From Nitrospirota bacterium (lineage in GTDB: Bacteria > Nitrospirota > Thermodesulfovibrionia > Thermodesulfovibrionales > Dissulfurispiraceae): a stretch of 64,000 bases of DNA. Position 1 is the first letter of the stretch. Each line of letters begins with the position of its first letter. The notes under the pieces are model-generated. The model searched no databases, was not told the DNA's origin, and saw only the letters and a program-made list of their open reading frames with translations. The position numbers were made by a program, and so were the translations under genes. Of the stretch, positions 17,405 through 25,340 are shown piece by piece. The DNA lies in contig JBFLWF010000006.1 of assembly GCA_040758355.1 (NCBI GenBank), positions 32,001-96,000 of the forward strand. Direction: 5' to 3'.

Positions 17405-19318
17405 TCAGACATCTGGTAATATTCTTTTGCAGAGATCTTCTAATAGAACACATTTCTTGCCCTTCTCCCAGAGATGCTGAAGAGTAGCCACTATAACCAT
17501 TTCGTTTTTCTTTTTATTGGATATATCATTATAGCCGTAAAGCGCTACCATTTCAGCTTGTGCTTTATCCCAGACGTCATGCCCGATCTCATCTCGAACT
17601 GAATCCCTTATATTAGTACCCCACATTACCACATTTGTACCAAAATATCCGCCAGCCGACAACGGATCAACATCAGATGCTGAACATAAGTTGAGAATAC
17701 ATCTATTATCACGGCTATTGTCCTTCTTAACACAGTCCTTTGCATTCTTATCAGAATCACCATCAAAAATTACAAAATAGGGAATAGAGAGTTCCTTAGC
17801 TATAGCAAGTGGTCTGCTCATACTAGTCTTTCCACCGCATATAATGAAATGTCCGCCGCGCCGCTTAAACTCCATCATTCGCCCCAATAGTTCAATGTAT
17901 GTCGATATAAAAGCAACGTCCTCAATACCCTCTACTAATACTGCTAATCCGCTGAAATAAAGTTCGTTTAAAGAAGGTTGCATTATCTGTTGGATCATTG
18001 CCATGCAACTAGACGGCGGTGCGGGACTTTCACCTAAAGCAGCGGCAATGCAATTACTTAGCTTTTCTAATGTCAGATGAGATGCGGTGGAACAATCATC
18101 ATCGTCTTTCCATCGAACTAATCTTATATTTTCTACTCCTTTCCCAGATACAAAATATGGGCTGTGGGTAGTCACAACAACTTGAGCATTTTCCATGTCT
18201 TCAAGAAGTTTTGCCAAGTGCCGGGCCTGCGGAGGATGTTGATAGACTTCAGGCTCCTCAAACCCCAGAAGGAGCATAGGAACTTTTTCCTGTTTACTCT
18301 TTGCCAACATCTGTAATACTGAAACAATAAAAGCACGCTGTAACCCATGCCCCATTCTTCGTATATCACCAAGAAACTGCTTTTCGCCCACCTCTGCCTT
18401 AGCTAACGGCGGATCGACTTTAAATTTGCTTGGATCGAAATTCCAAGATAGTTTTACTCTGGCATCAGGATGAGTCCATTCCTGTAAAAGGCTTTGGAGC
18501 GAAGCCGAAACATCCTCTAATACATGATCTTGCTCACGAAGTATTGCTTCGTACTTTGTTCGTACTTCTTCCTTTAGGGGAATGAGATAGTCTGCAAAAT
18601 TGACACGCGACCTTATAGTTCGCTCAAGCAATTTGCCGAATGCTGTATTCTTAGATTCTTCTTGCTCGCTGGCTGCATCTTTTACAGCAGGAATGTACAC
18701 CCATTGCAGAAAGGGATCTAGTTTCCCTGATCCTTGGAATCCGAAAAATTGATCTTCGCTATCAATAAGTTCACACAATTCTGGGTGCTGGTCTTCATAA
18801 GCTCGGAGTGCTTCAAGCTTATCGTCCTTAGATTTCGGATTTGGAAGGTCTGGATACCTTTCGCGATATCCGTTATAAAGTTGCGTTAACAGGGCGGCAC
18901 TTTGACCTGCTTTATATGCCTCAAAAAATGGCCTAAATTCACCCATTCCCAGTCTTGCACCGAATTGCCTAACTTCTGCGGTTCTTTTTTCTTCATTCCA
19001 GACAGCTTTAGCAGTAAATATAAGTTTTTCGTTTCGTACATAGTGTTGCAAACTCTCTTTAGCTTCGGGTGTCAATTCGCCGAAAGTTGCCCTGATTTCT
19101 ATCGGGTCAGTGGTATTTCGATTGTGGAAATCCTCTTCTATTAATATCTGTACATCGGTTGTTACATCGGTCTTATTTCGGAATAAAACGTTTAAAGCCA
19201 TAAGGACTGTTGATTTGCCAGCGCCGTTTGGGCCTACAAGAGAGGTATACTTGCCAAAGTGGATGGTTGAGTCTTTAAATCCCCTATAGTTCTTAATCTC
19301 TAAAGTTTCAAGCTGCAT
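17405..19318 (-). CDS. OLD-family ATP-dependent nuclease (ABC ATPase + TOPRIM)
   Basis: GPNGAGKST, GHGLQR, FEEPE.YQHP, TTHSPYF, LVEG.ED, FDGD. Confidence 0.88.
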   Translation of the reverse strand: MQLETLEIKNYRGFKDSTIHFGKYTSLVGPNGAGKSTVLMALNVLFRNKTDVTTDVQILIEEDFHNRNTTDPIEIRATFGELTPEAKESLQHYVRNEKLIFTAKAVWNEEKRTAEVRQFGARLGMGEFRPFFEAYKAGQSAALLTQLYNGYRERYPDLPNPKSKDDKLEALRAYEDQHPELCELIDSEDQFFGFQGSGKLDPFLQWVYIPAVKDAASEQEESKNTAFGKLLERTIRSRVNFADYLIPLKEEVRTKYEAILREQDHVLEDVSASLQSLLQEWTHPDARVKLSWNFDPSKFKVDPPLAKAEVGEKQFLGDIRRMGHGLQRAFIVSVLQMLAKSKQEKVPMLLLGFEEPEVYQHPPQARHLAKLLEDMENAQVVVTTHSPYFVSGKGVENIRLVRWKDDDDCSTASHLTLEKLSNCIAAALGESPAPPSSCMAMIQQIMQPSLNELYFSGLAVLVEGIEDVAFISTYIELLGRMMEFKRRGGHFIICGGKTSMSRPLAIAKELSIPYFVIFDGDSDKNAKDCVKKDNSRDNRCILNLCSASDVDPLSAGGYFGTNVVMWGTNIRDSVRDEIGHDVWDKAQAEMVALYGYNDISNKKKNEMVIVATLQHLWEKGKKCVLLEDLCKRILPDV

Positions 19319-19488
19319 TCTTCCTCCTAATACGAGCTTTACTTAATAAGATATAGAGGCAACTTGTATATTATCCATGGGGCGCAGGCTTATTTTTCGA
19401 TCACTTTTTTCTGTCAGCAATCCATTTTTTGACAGTCCTGTCTTATTTCTGCCGCATTATAAATGAGAAAATGGAATTTTTTCAATAT

Positions 19489-19519
19489 AAAAACAGGACA
19501 TTTCTATTTTGGCTTGACA
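19489..19519. mobile_element. Possible solo IS terminal repeat (IS1202/ISNCY-like)
   Basis: AAAAACAGGACATTTCTATTTTGGCTTGACA ends where DpnI similarity begins. The resemblance to IS ends is from memory only; no transposase is nearby. Confidence 0.35.
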
Positions 19520-19696
19520 TCACAAAAACAAGGCGGAGATTTATCTTTAGGCGAGGCATATTCTTTTGATAGACGCCTTCAAGTGCTACATCCAGATAAC
19601 AAGCACATCCGCCCCAAAATCTGTCAGCAGTTGCAGATTCTGAGGGATAAAGGCATTCTGGAATTCAAAGGACAAGGGAAATATCAATTCAAATAA
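19520..19696 (+). pseudogene. DpnI / Dam-replacing protein C-terminal winged-helix remnant
   Basis: SLGEAYSF...L...HPDNKHIRPKICQQLQILRDKGILEF.G.G.Y. Confidence 0.85.
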
Positions 19697-19709
19697 CTTA
19701 GCCCTCGCC

Positions 19710-19803
19710 CCGCCCCAAAATCCGCTCTATGAGTCGTTGACTCCACTCTATGAGCCGTTGGCTCAACGAGCCATAGGCGAGTCAGAGACCGGCAGCTTTA
19801 AAT
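19710..19803 (+). repeat. DpnI remnant copy B with palindromic insert
   Basis: CCGCCCCAAAATCCGC, then a 63-bp insert, then CCGGCAGCTTTAAAT. Confidence 0.7.
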
Positions 19804-19812
19804 ATAATTTTT

Positions 19813-19834
19813 TGTTATAATTGTGTTATAACAC
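19813..19834 (+). promoter_or_regulatory. TA promoter/operator palindrome
   Basis: TGTTATAAT extended -10 followed by the perfect palindrome GTGTTATAACAC. Confidence 0.6.
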
Positions 19835-19849
19835 TGCACGGAGGTTTCG

Positions 19850-20098
19850 ATGCACAGGAAATTATGTTCCATAGGCAACAGTCAGGGAATATCAATTCCG
19901 CTGGATATGCTCGAAAGACTCAATCTGTCTGTAGGCTCTGAAGTGGATGTCAAGCTTGACGAAGCTGAATCAAGAATTATCATAGAGCCGGTAATGAAAA
20001 AAAAATATCCCAGGGGCATTGACAGGGAATTTGTCTCTCAGGTTAATGATTTTATCGGAAAGTACAAACCTGCGCTAAAAGAACTCGCAAAGAAGTGA
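19850..20098 (+). CDS. AbrB/MazE-family antitoxin
   Basis: RKL..IGNSQGISIP...L..L.L..G.EV. Confidence 0.88.
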   Translation: MHRKLCSIGNSQGISIPLDMLERLNLSVGSEVDVKLDEAESRIIIEPVMKKKYPRGIDREFVSQVNDFIGKYKPALKELAKK

Positions 20099-20484
20099 AA
20101 TATCTTTTAGTAGAGCAGGTTCTTTTTATTCACAGCAGGCTTATAGATGAGACAGGCGGCTCGCACGGAGTCAGGGATTTGGGGCTTCTTCAGGCTGCGG
20201 TATCGAGGCCGAAGGCGACTTTCGGGGGCAAAGACCTCTATCTTGATATTTTTCACAAGGCAGCGTCCCTCATGGAATCGCTTATAAAAAACCATCCTTT
20301 TATTGACGGCAACAAAAGAACCGCAATAACATCTGTCGGTATTTTTTTGCAAAGAAACGGCTGGTTATTGGAAACTTCACAAAAGGAGCTTGAGAGATTT
20401 GTGATTTCCGTGGCTGCAGGCAATGCCTCTTTTGATGATATTGTTAAGTGGTTTAAGCAGTATTCCTCAAAAGCAAAAATATAG
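20095..20484 (+). CDS. doc: Doc/Fic-family toxin
   Basis: GVRD.GLL..A..RP and HPFIDGNKRTA. Confidence 0.9.
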   Translation: MKYLLVEQVLFIHSRLIDETGGSHGVRDLGLLQAAVSRPKATFGGKDLYLDIFHKAASLMESLIKNHPFIDGNKRTAITSVGIFLQRNGWLLETSQKELERFVISVAAGNASFDDIVKWFKQYSSKAKI

Positions 20485-20485
20485 A

Positions 20486-20629
20486 CACATCCGCCCCCCA
20501 AAATCCGCTCGAAGCGAGTCTCGCGAAGAGTCGCACCGACCAGCAGCTTCAAATCCTCCGAGACAAAGGCATACTGTCCACGACTCGCAGAGGAGTTTAA
20601 ATGGGAAGGGGAGGTACGGGATTTTTTAA
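20486..20629 (+). repeat. DpnI remnant copy C with two inserts
   Basis: HIRP-KIR[insert]QQLQILRDKGIL[insert]EFK-GKGRYGIF*. Confidence 0.8.
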
Positions 20630-20919
20630 GGATGGGGTGTAATGGCTATAATAGTTATCTCTTTGTTTCCGGGACCATAATGCCAAAATATTCTATACGC
20701 GGCAGGGGTGGACTGCTCTGCATATGCCTCAAATACTTTTTCTCCTTTTGGACCTTTTAACGAAGTAAATTCATGGGTTTGCAGTCCGGGATGTCTTGGG
20801 TTTTGAGATAAAAATTGAATTGTCTTTTTTACTGCGTTATATCGTTTGGCAAGACCTTTGTCTGTCTTGAGCCGGTTTAACTGTTCTTTAGCCTCATCGG
20901 TCAGGAGTATATCGAACAA
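20626..20919 (-). CDS. RelE/ParE-like toxin
   Basis: L..NPRHPGL.THE...L.G..GEKVFEAY......AYRIFW.YG.....I.I.AI.PHP. Confidence 0.7.
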   Translation of the reverse strand: MFDILLTDEAKEQLNRLKTDKGLAKRYNAVKKTIQFLSQNPRHPGLQTHEFTSLKGPKGEKVFEAYAEQSTPAAYRIFWHYGPGNKEITIIAITPHP

Positions 20920-20928
20920 GAGAGATTC

Positions 20929-21177
20929 CTATAATTCATTGAGATTGAGTTTTGAAATCCTGCCTTCAGATGCGTCTTTCAGCCCTTTGTGAACGCTTTT
21001 AAGAGCTTCTTTATTTTTATAAAGCCATCTTTCGGGAAGCGGAATAGTTTCCAAAAGGGTTTCTAACCTGTCAAGCTCGTCCATAGCAATAACAGCAGCC
21101 ACTTTGTGCCCTCTTTTATCTGTTAAATACTGCTTAATTTTAATAAGTTCGCTTTCGCTCTTTAAGGTTGCCGGCAT
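20929..21177 (-). CDS. Putative antitoxin
   Basis: IP..E.WLY.N.EA...V..GL.DA..G; lies upstream of the RelE-like gene; AGGAGG SD. Confidence 0.7.
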   Translation of the reverse strand: MPATLKSESELIKIKQYLTDKRGHKVAAVIAMDELDRLETLLETIPLPERWLYKNKEALKSVHKGLKDASEGRISKLNLNEL

Positions 21178-21220
21178 ATATCCTCCTTTGAAGCCTGTTG
21201 CTAAAATAAATTATAACATA

Positions 21221-21256
21221 ATAACAAACACATCCACCCCCAAAATCCGCCGGCAG
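21221..21256 (+). repeat. DpnI remnant copy D; right edge of island
   Basis: ATAACAAACACATCCACCCCCAAAATCCGCCGGCAG (NKHIHP-KIRRQ). Confidence 0.7.
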
Positions 21257-21286
21257 CGGTTTTTAATATGCCAATGGTCGTGAGAA

Positions 21287-21478
21287 CTACACCTGTGCGG
21301 TTTTTAATTCTCCTGAATGGGGACGTTTTCTGTTCGGACAGTATATCACGGGGCAGGACTCGCAGCTTTCAGCAGAGTCTATCTCAAAGCCGAAGGGGAT
21401 CAATTCTCCGCAGTCGCATTGCCAGCCTTCTGGGGTATGTTTTGATAATGCATTATCACAAAAAGGACATTTAAGCAT
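21287..21478 (-). CDS. Small Cys-rich (Zn-finger-like) protein
   Basis: CPFC, CDC, CESC...C in 63 aa. Confidence 0.55.
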   Translation of the reverse strand: MLKCPFCDNALSKHTPEGWQCDCGELIPFGFEIDSAESCESCPVIYCPNRKRPHSGELKTAQV

Positions 21479-21554
21479 ATGTCTAATTTAAGTATAGAAC
21501 CGGGGAAAATATTTTTTTATGACGTGTATCATATGGATGCACACCCCTGTGTAT

Positions 21555-22370
21555 TTATCCCTTCCTTGAATCCTCAAGGTTACGAACAATCTCTGCGCCT
21601 ATGAGGAATATGCAGGATGAATAGAAGACCCACAGGAGGAATATCACAAAGGCCGAGAGGGGTCCGTATATGGTTCCTAATTTCGCAACCTTTACTACAT
21701 AGAGGGTGAAGGTGTGCTTTGCTGCTTCAAGAAGGATTGCTGTAAATAACGCCCCTGATAATGCGCAGCTGAGTCTTATCCTTTTTTTCGGGAGGAAGAT
21801 GTAGAGCGTGGCTGCGGTCAGGAATACCAGTATCAATGGCACGACAAATTTTATTACAAAGCCTGTTATCTTCCCAATCTTTACATCCGGGAAAAATTCC
21901 TGAAGTGTCTTAAGCATCGAGATTGCAGCTGTTGCGCCAAAGGAGGCAAGGATAAAGGCAATTATCAGGGTGATGATGAATAGAGAGAGGACAATGGAGA
22001 TTATAAAATGTCTCTTAGCCTTTGTCTTGAATATCACATTTGTTGCTGTTTCAAGTGATGAAAAAAGCTGGTAGGACAATACGGCATAGAGGATTACTGT
22101 AAACTGCCCTATTCCTTTGTAGGATATTATCTTTTTCAGTTCGTTGGTTATCTCGTGTGTGATCTTTGGAAAGAAACCCACGAGTTTTGCTGAAAAGAAT
22201 CTGAGCAGTTCTTCATTGCCGCCGAGGAAATGTCCGAATATTGTCACGAGGAGGAGGCAGAAGGGGACGATTGCCATCATGGTGAAGTATGATATTGAGC
22301 CTGCAAGCATGAGCCCGCCGTCCCTGAAGAAGTCCACGAAGCTTCTGAGTATTGCCTTTACATATCGCAT
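21555..22370 (-). CDS. YihY/BrkB-family membrane protein
   Basis: F..D....LA..I.YF; IYG.L.....FLLW..YSS.I.L.GAE. Confidence 0.9.
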   Translation of the reverse strand: MRYVKAILRSFVDFFRDGGLMLAGSISYFTMMAIVPFCLLLVTIFGHFLGGNEELLRFFSAKLVGFFPKITHEITNELKKIISYKGIGQFTVILYAVLSYQLFSSLETATNVIFKTKAKRHFIISIVLSLFIITLIIAFILASFGATAAISMLKTLQEFFPDVKIGKITGFVIKFVVPLILVFLTAATLYIFLPKKRIRLSCALSGALFTAILLEAAKHTFTLYVVKVAKLGTIYGPLSAFVIFLLWVFYSSCIFLIGAEIVRNLEDSRKG

Positions 22371-22430
22371 TTATGCTCAATTATAACAGAATCGATTGCT
22401 GGCAGTGCGTAAGCATGGTATTATTTTAGT

Positions 22431-22943
22431 ATGAAAAGGATTTTATATATATCGGCTGTTTTATGCATTGTCTTATTCTCTTGCGCCACAGGCAATTATC
22501 TGAAGACAGAAGGTGCAAAGGATGCGGATATCAAAGGTTCTTTCACCCTCATACTTTACGGCAGCAGGCATTTAAATGATATTGAGACCATAGCAATTCT
22601 TGACATTGAAGGAGACAGCTACAGCTTTGAGCCGTATGCACCTGAATTTGACTATAAGATAAAAAAGGGTATTCCTGCTAAAGAGGCACTGGAGGAAGCA
22701 GAGAGGTTTGTAAGCTGGCACAGCTCATTCCATTACTCACAATTAAGCAGGATTCTTGATGATAAAGGCAATGTCATCGGGTATGAGATTAGACCGCTTT
22801 ACCGGCCTCTTGCCTTTGGTGCTTCGGATGTCCTCGATGTCGATTACAGGATTAAAGACAGCAGGGTAATCGTGAGAATAAGGCTCAAGCCGCAGATCGA
22901 AAGGATGCTCTTTGACGGAGACAAATCAAAAGAGGATAATTAG
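22431..22943 (+). CDS. Hypothetical lipoprotein
   Basis: Signal peptide with LFSC lipobox. Confidence 0.75.
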   Translation: MKRILYISAVLCIVLFSCATGNYLKTEGAKDADIKGSFTLILYGSRHLNDIETIAILDIEGDSYSFEPYAPEFDYKIKKGIPAKEALEEAERFVSWHSSFHYSQLSRILDDKGNVIGYEIRPLYRPLAFGASDVLDVDYRIKDSRVIVRIRLKPQIERMLFDGDKSKEDN

Positions 22944-23004
22944 TTATATCCAAAACATAGCTATTCACTCCAGAGACCTATCCGTATCGCTGGATTTATT
23001 ATAC

Positions 23005-23120
23005 TGTCTGAAAAAAGTATACATCTCTTTGCCATATGCGTTTAATGGCTTATTTTCAAGGTTTTCAGGCGATTTTTCGATTAAAAGATGGCATCCTGCG
23101 GTGTATTAAAAAAATATACA
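23005..23120 (+). promoter_or_regulatory. Two TGT-N13-ACA enhancer-like sites
   Basis: TGTCTGAAAAAAGTATACA (23005-23023) and TGTATTAAAAAAATATACA (23102-23120). Confidence 0.55.
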
Positions 23121-23171
23121 CTTTTTTGTGTCAGTGAGTGTAAAATAGTGGTTAATGCCGATTTTTATTTC

Positions 23172-23187
23172 TGGCATCGATATTGCA
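23172..23187 (+). promoter_or_regulatory. Sigma-54 promoter
   Basis: TGGCAT-CGATA-TTGCA with exact -24/-12 spacing. Confidence 0.85.
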
Positions 23188-23221
23188 CAGTATCTAATTA
23201 CAATTTTAGGAAGGGGGCGTT

Positions 23222-23986
23222 ATGGAGAAACAGCGGATATTGGTCGTTGACGATGACCCTGTGATATGCCTGAGCTGTAAAAGGATACTGGGTGCAGAGG
23301 GTTTTTCGGTATTTACTGTAGAGGATGGGGAAAGCGCAATCGAGAAGGTCTCGAAGGAAGAGTTCGATCTGGTTATAACAGACATCAGGCTTCCTGATGT
23401 GTACGGGCTTACGGTTGTGCAGGAAACAAAGACCGTACAGCCGAAGGCGGATGTCGTTGTTGTTACAGGCTATCCCTCCCTCGAGGATGCAAAGGAGTCC
23501 ATAAGGCTTGGCGCATTTGAATACCTCGAAAAGCCTTTTACGCCTGACTTTATGATGAATGTCGCAAGGAAGGTCTTTGACAAAAGGGGCTGGATACTGA
23601 GAAAGGCATACATCGACCAGTTCAGGAATTATGTTGTACCTGCATCAGAGATGGACAACCTAACAATTTATTATAAGGACGGCACATGGGCACGGCCTAC
23701 GAAGGATGGAGGATGGGAAATAGGGGTTGATGTAAGGCACTTCCTTGTGAGCGGTCAACTGCTTTATGTGGACATGCTGATGGATATTAAGGCAGTTGCT
23801 GCAGGAGAGCCCTTTGCAAGGCTGCTTTCAGGCGAAGGGAATATCTATGACATAAAGGCCCCGATGACGGGAGTGGTGCAGGCTACCAACGGCCATGCCA
23901 ATGACGCCATATGTTCTCTTTTAAAGGACCATCTGTGCGAAGGATGGTTTTTATGGCTTATTAAGATTAATCCAATAACTGCATAA
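23222..23986 (+). CDS. Receiver domain fused to a GcvH-like domain lacking the lipoyl lysine
   Basis: N-terminal REC; C-terminal YY...TWA.......IGV...GEPFA.L.......I.APMTGVV...N...GW..L.KI.P. Confidence 0.75.
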   Translation: MEKQRILVVDDDPVICLSCKRILGAEGFSVFTVEDGESAIEKVSKEEFDLVITDIRLPDVYGLTVVQETKTVQPKADVVVVTGYPSLEDAKESIRLGAFEYLEKPFTPDFMMNVARKVFDKRGWILRKAYIDQFRNYVVPASEMDNLTIYYKDGTWARPTKDGGWEIGVDVRHFLVSGQLLYVDMLMDIKAVAAGEPFARLLSGEGNIYDIKAPMTGVVQATNGHANDAICSLLKDHLCEGWFLWLIKINPITA

Positions 23987-23998
23987 GGAGGATAAGGG

Positions 23999-24859
23999 AT
24001 GAAGGGGAATATCCTTGTGGTTGATGACGAACAGATTGTCCTGAGGAGCTGCGAGAGGATACTATCGCCTGAGGGATACGGAGTTGACACAGCAACATCT
24101 GCAAAAGACGCCCTGTCTCTGCTCGATAGGAATCTATACGACCTCATAATTACTGATATCAAGATGCCTGAGATGGACGGCATAGAGTTTATGAGACAGG
24201 CGAGGGCAAAGAACCCTGATATAAACATAGTGGTGATAACAGGCTACCCGTCGCAGGAAAGCATCAGGGAGGCATTGAGCTTGAGGATAATAGATTATCT
24301 GCCGAAGCCTTTCTCTCCCACCCATCTCATTGAGGTAACGAACAATGCTGTTGAACTAAAGAAAAAAGGCGTTGCACCCGAGCCTCAGGTCGAGGTTTAT
24401 ACCGAAGATGTGGCTGCAAAATTAGATGAAATCATAAATAAATATAAACACAAGCCGGGAAGCCTTATCCCCGTTCTTCAGGAGTCACAGGAGCTTGTGG
24501 GGTATCTGCCGCCTGTTGTACAGAGGCATATATCAAAGGGATTGAGAATACCTGTAAGCGAGGTGCATGGAGTCGTATCCTTCTATTCATTCTTTACAAT
24601 GAAGCCCAAAGGCAAGCACAACATCAGGGTATGCCTCGGAACCGCATGCTATGTCAAGGGCGCTGAAGAGATAGTCAAGAAGTTCAGCGATGGACTTAAG
24701 GTTGATGTGGGCGGAATAACAACAGACAAGAAGTTCTCGCTCGAGACAGTGAGATGTCTCGGTGCATGCGGGCTTGCGCCTGTCGTTGTTGTGGATAAGG
24801 ACACCCATGGCTCTGTCAACCCTGTAAAGACGCTGGATCTCTTGAAGGAATATGAATGA
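23999..24859 (+). CDS. Receiver domain fused to NuoE/HndA/HydC [2Fe-2S] subunit
   Basis: REC, then LIPVLQ..Q...GYLP, V.GVVSFY, VCLGTAC...CLGACGLAP. Confidence 0.9.
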   Translation: MKGNILVVDDEQIVLRSCERILSPEGYGVDTATSAKDALSLLDRNLYDLIITDIKMPEMDGIEFMRQARAKNPDINIVVITGYPSQESIREALSLRIIDYLPKPFSPTHLIEVTNNAVELKKKGVAPEPQVEVYTEDVAAKLDEIINKYKHKPGSLIPVLQESQELVGYLPPVVQRHISKGLRIPVSEVHGVVSFYSFFTMKPKGKHNIRVCLGTACYVKGAEEIVKKFSDGLKVDVGGITTDKKFSLETVRCLGACGLAPVVVVDKDTHGSVNPVKTLDLLKEYE

Positions 24860-24948
24860 TAAGTAAGTGAGTAAATAAGTGAATGAAACTTAATAACTCA
24901 ATTTCTTAATTTCTTAATAACTTATTGTTTAAAAAAACGGAGGAATAT

Positions 24949-25332
24949 ATGCCCAGATTAACGGTTGATGATTTAAAAAAGATCAAGGAAGATTATAAGG
25001 CATCCCTCACATTAAGGGAGGGAGGCTACAGGGCGAAGATAACTGTTCACATGGGTACATGCGGGATTGCTGCTGGTGCGCGAAAGGTGATGGAGGCGCT
25101 CCTCGATGAGATAAATAAAGGCAATGTGAAGGATGTGATTGTGACAACATCCGGATGCGCAGGGCTTTGCAGCAAGGAGCCCATGGCAACAGTTGAGATA
25201 ATAAACGAGGCGCCTGTGAAATATGTCTATCTCAACGAAGATAAGATAAAGAAGATATTCAAAGAGCACGTAATGGAAGGAAATGCGGTTCAAGACTACG
25301 CCCTTGTCGTGGGCAGCGAAACAGCATATTAG
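24949..25332 (+). CDS. HndB-like thioredoxin-fold ferredoxin subunit
   Basis: VHMGTCGIAAGA...SGCAGLC.KEP; ATG 24949 with GGAGG SD. Confidence 0.85.
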   Translation: MPRLTVDDLKKIKEDYKASLTLREGGYRAKITVHMGTCGIAAGARKVMEALLDEINKGNVKDVIVTTSGCAGLCSKEPMATVEIINEAPVKYVYLNEDKIKKIFKEHVMEGNAVQDYALVVGSETAY

Positions 25333-25340
25333 GAGGAGAG

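Noticed and set aside
17405..19318. Gabija or retron-associated system
   Set aside because: No UvrD helicase or reverse transcriptase is adjacent.
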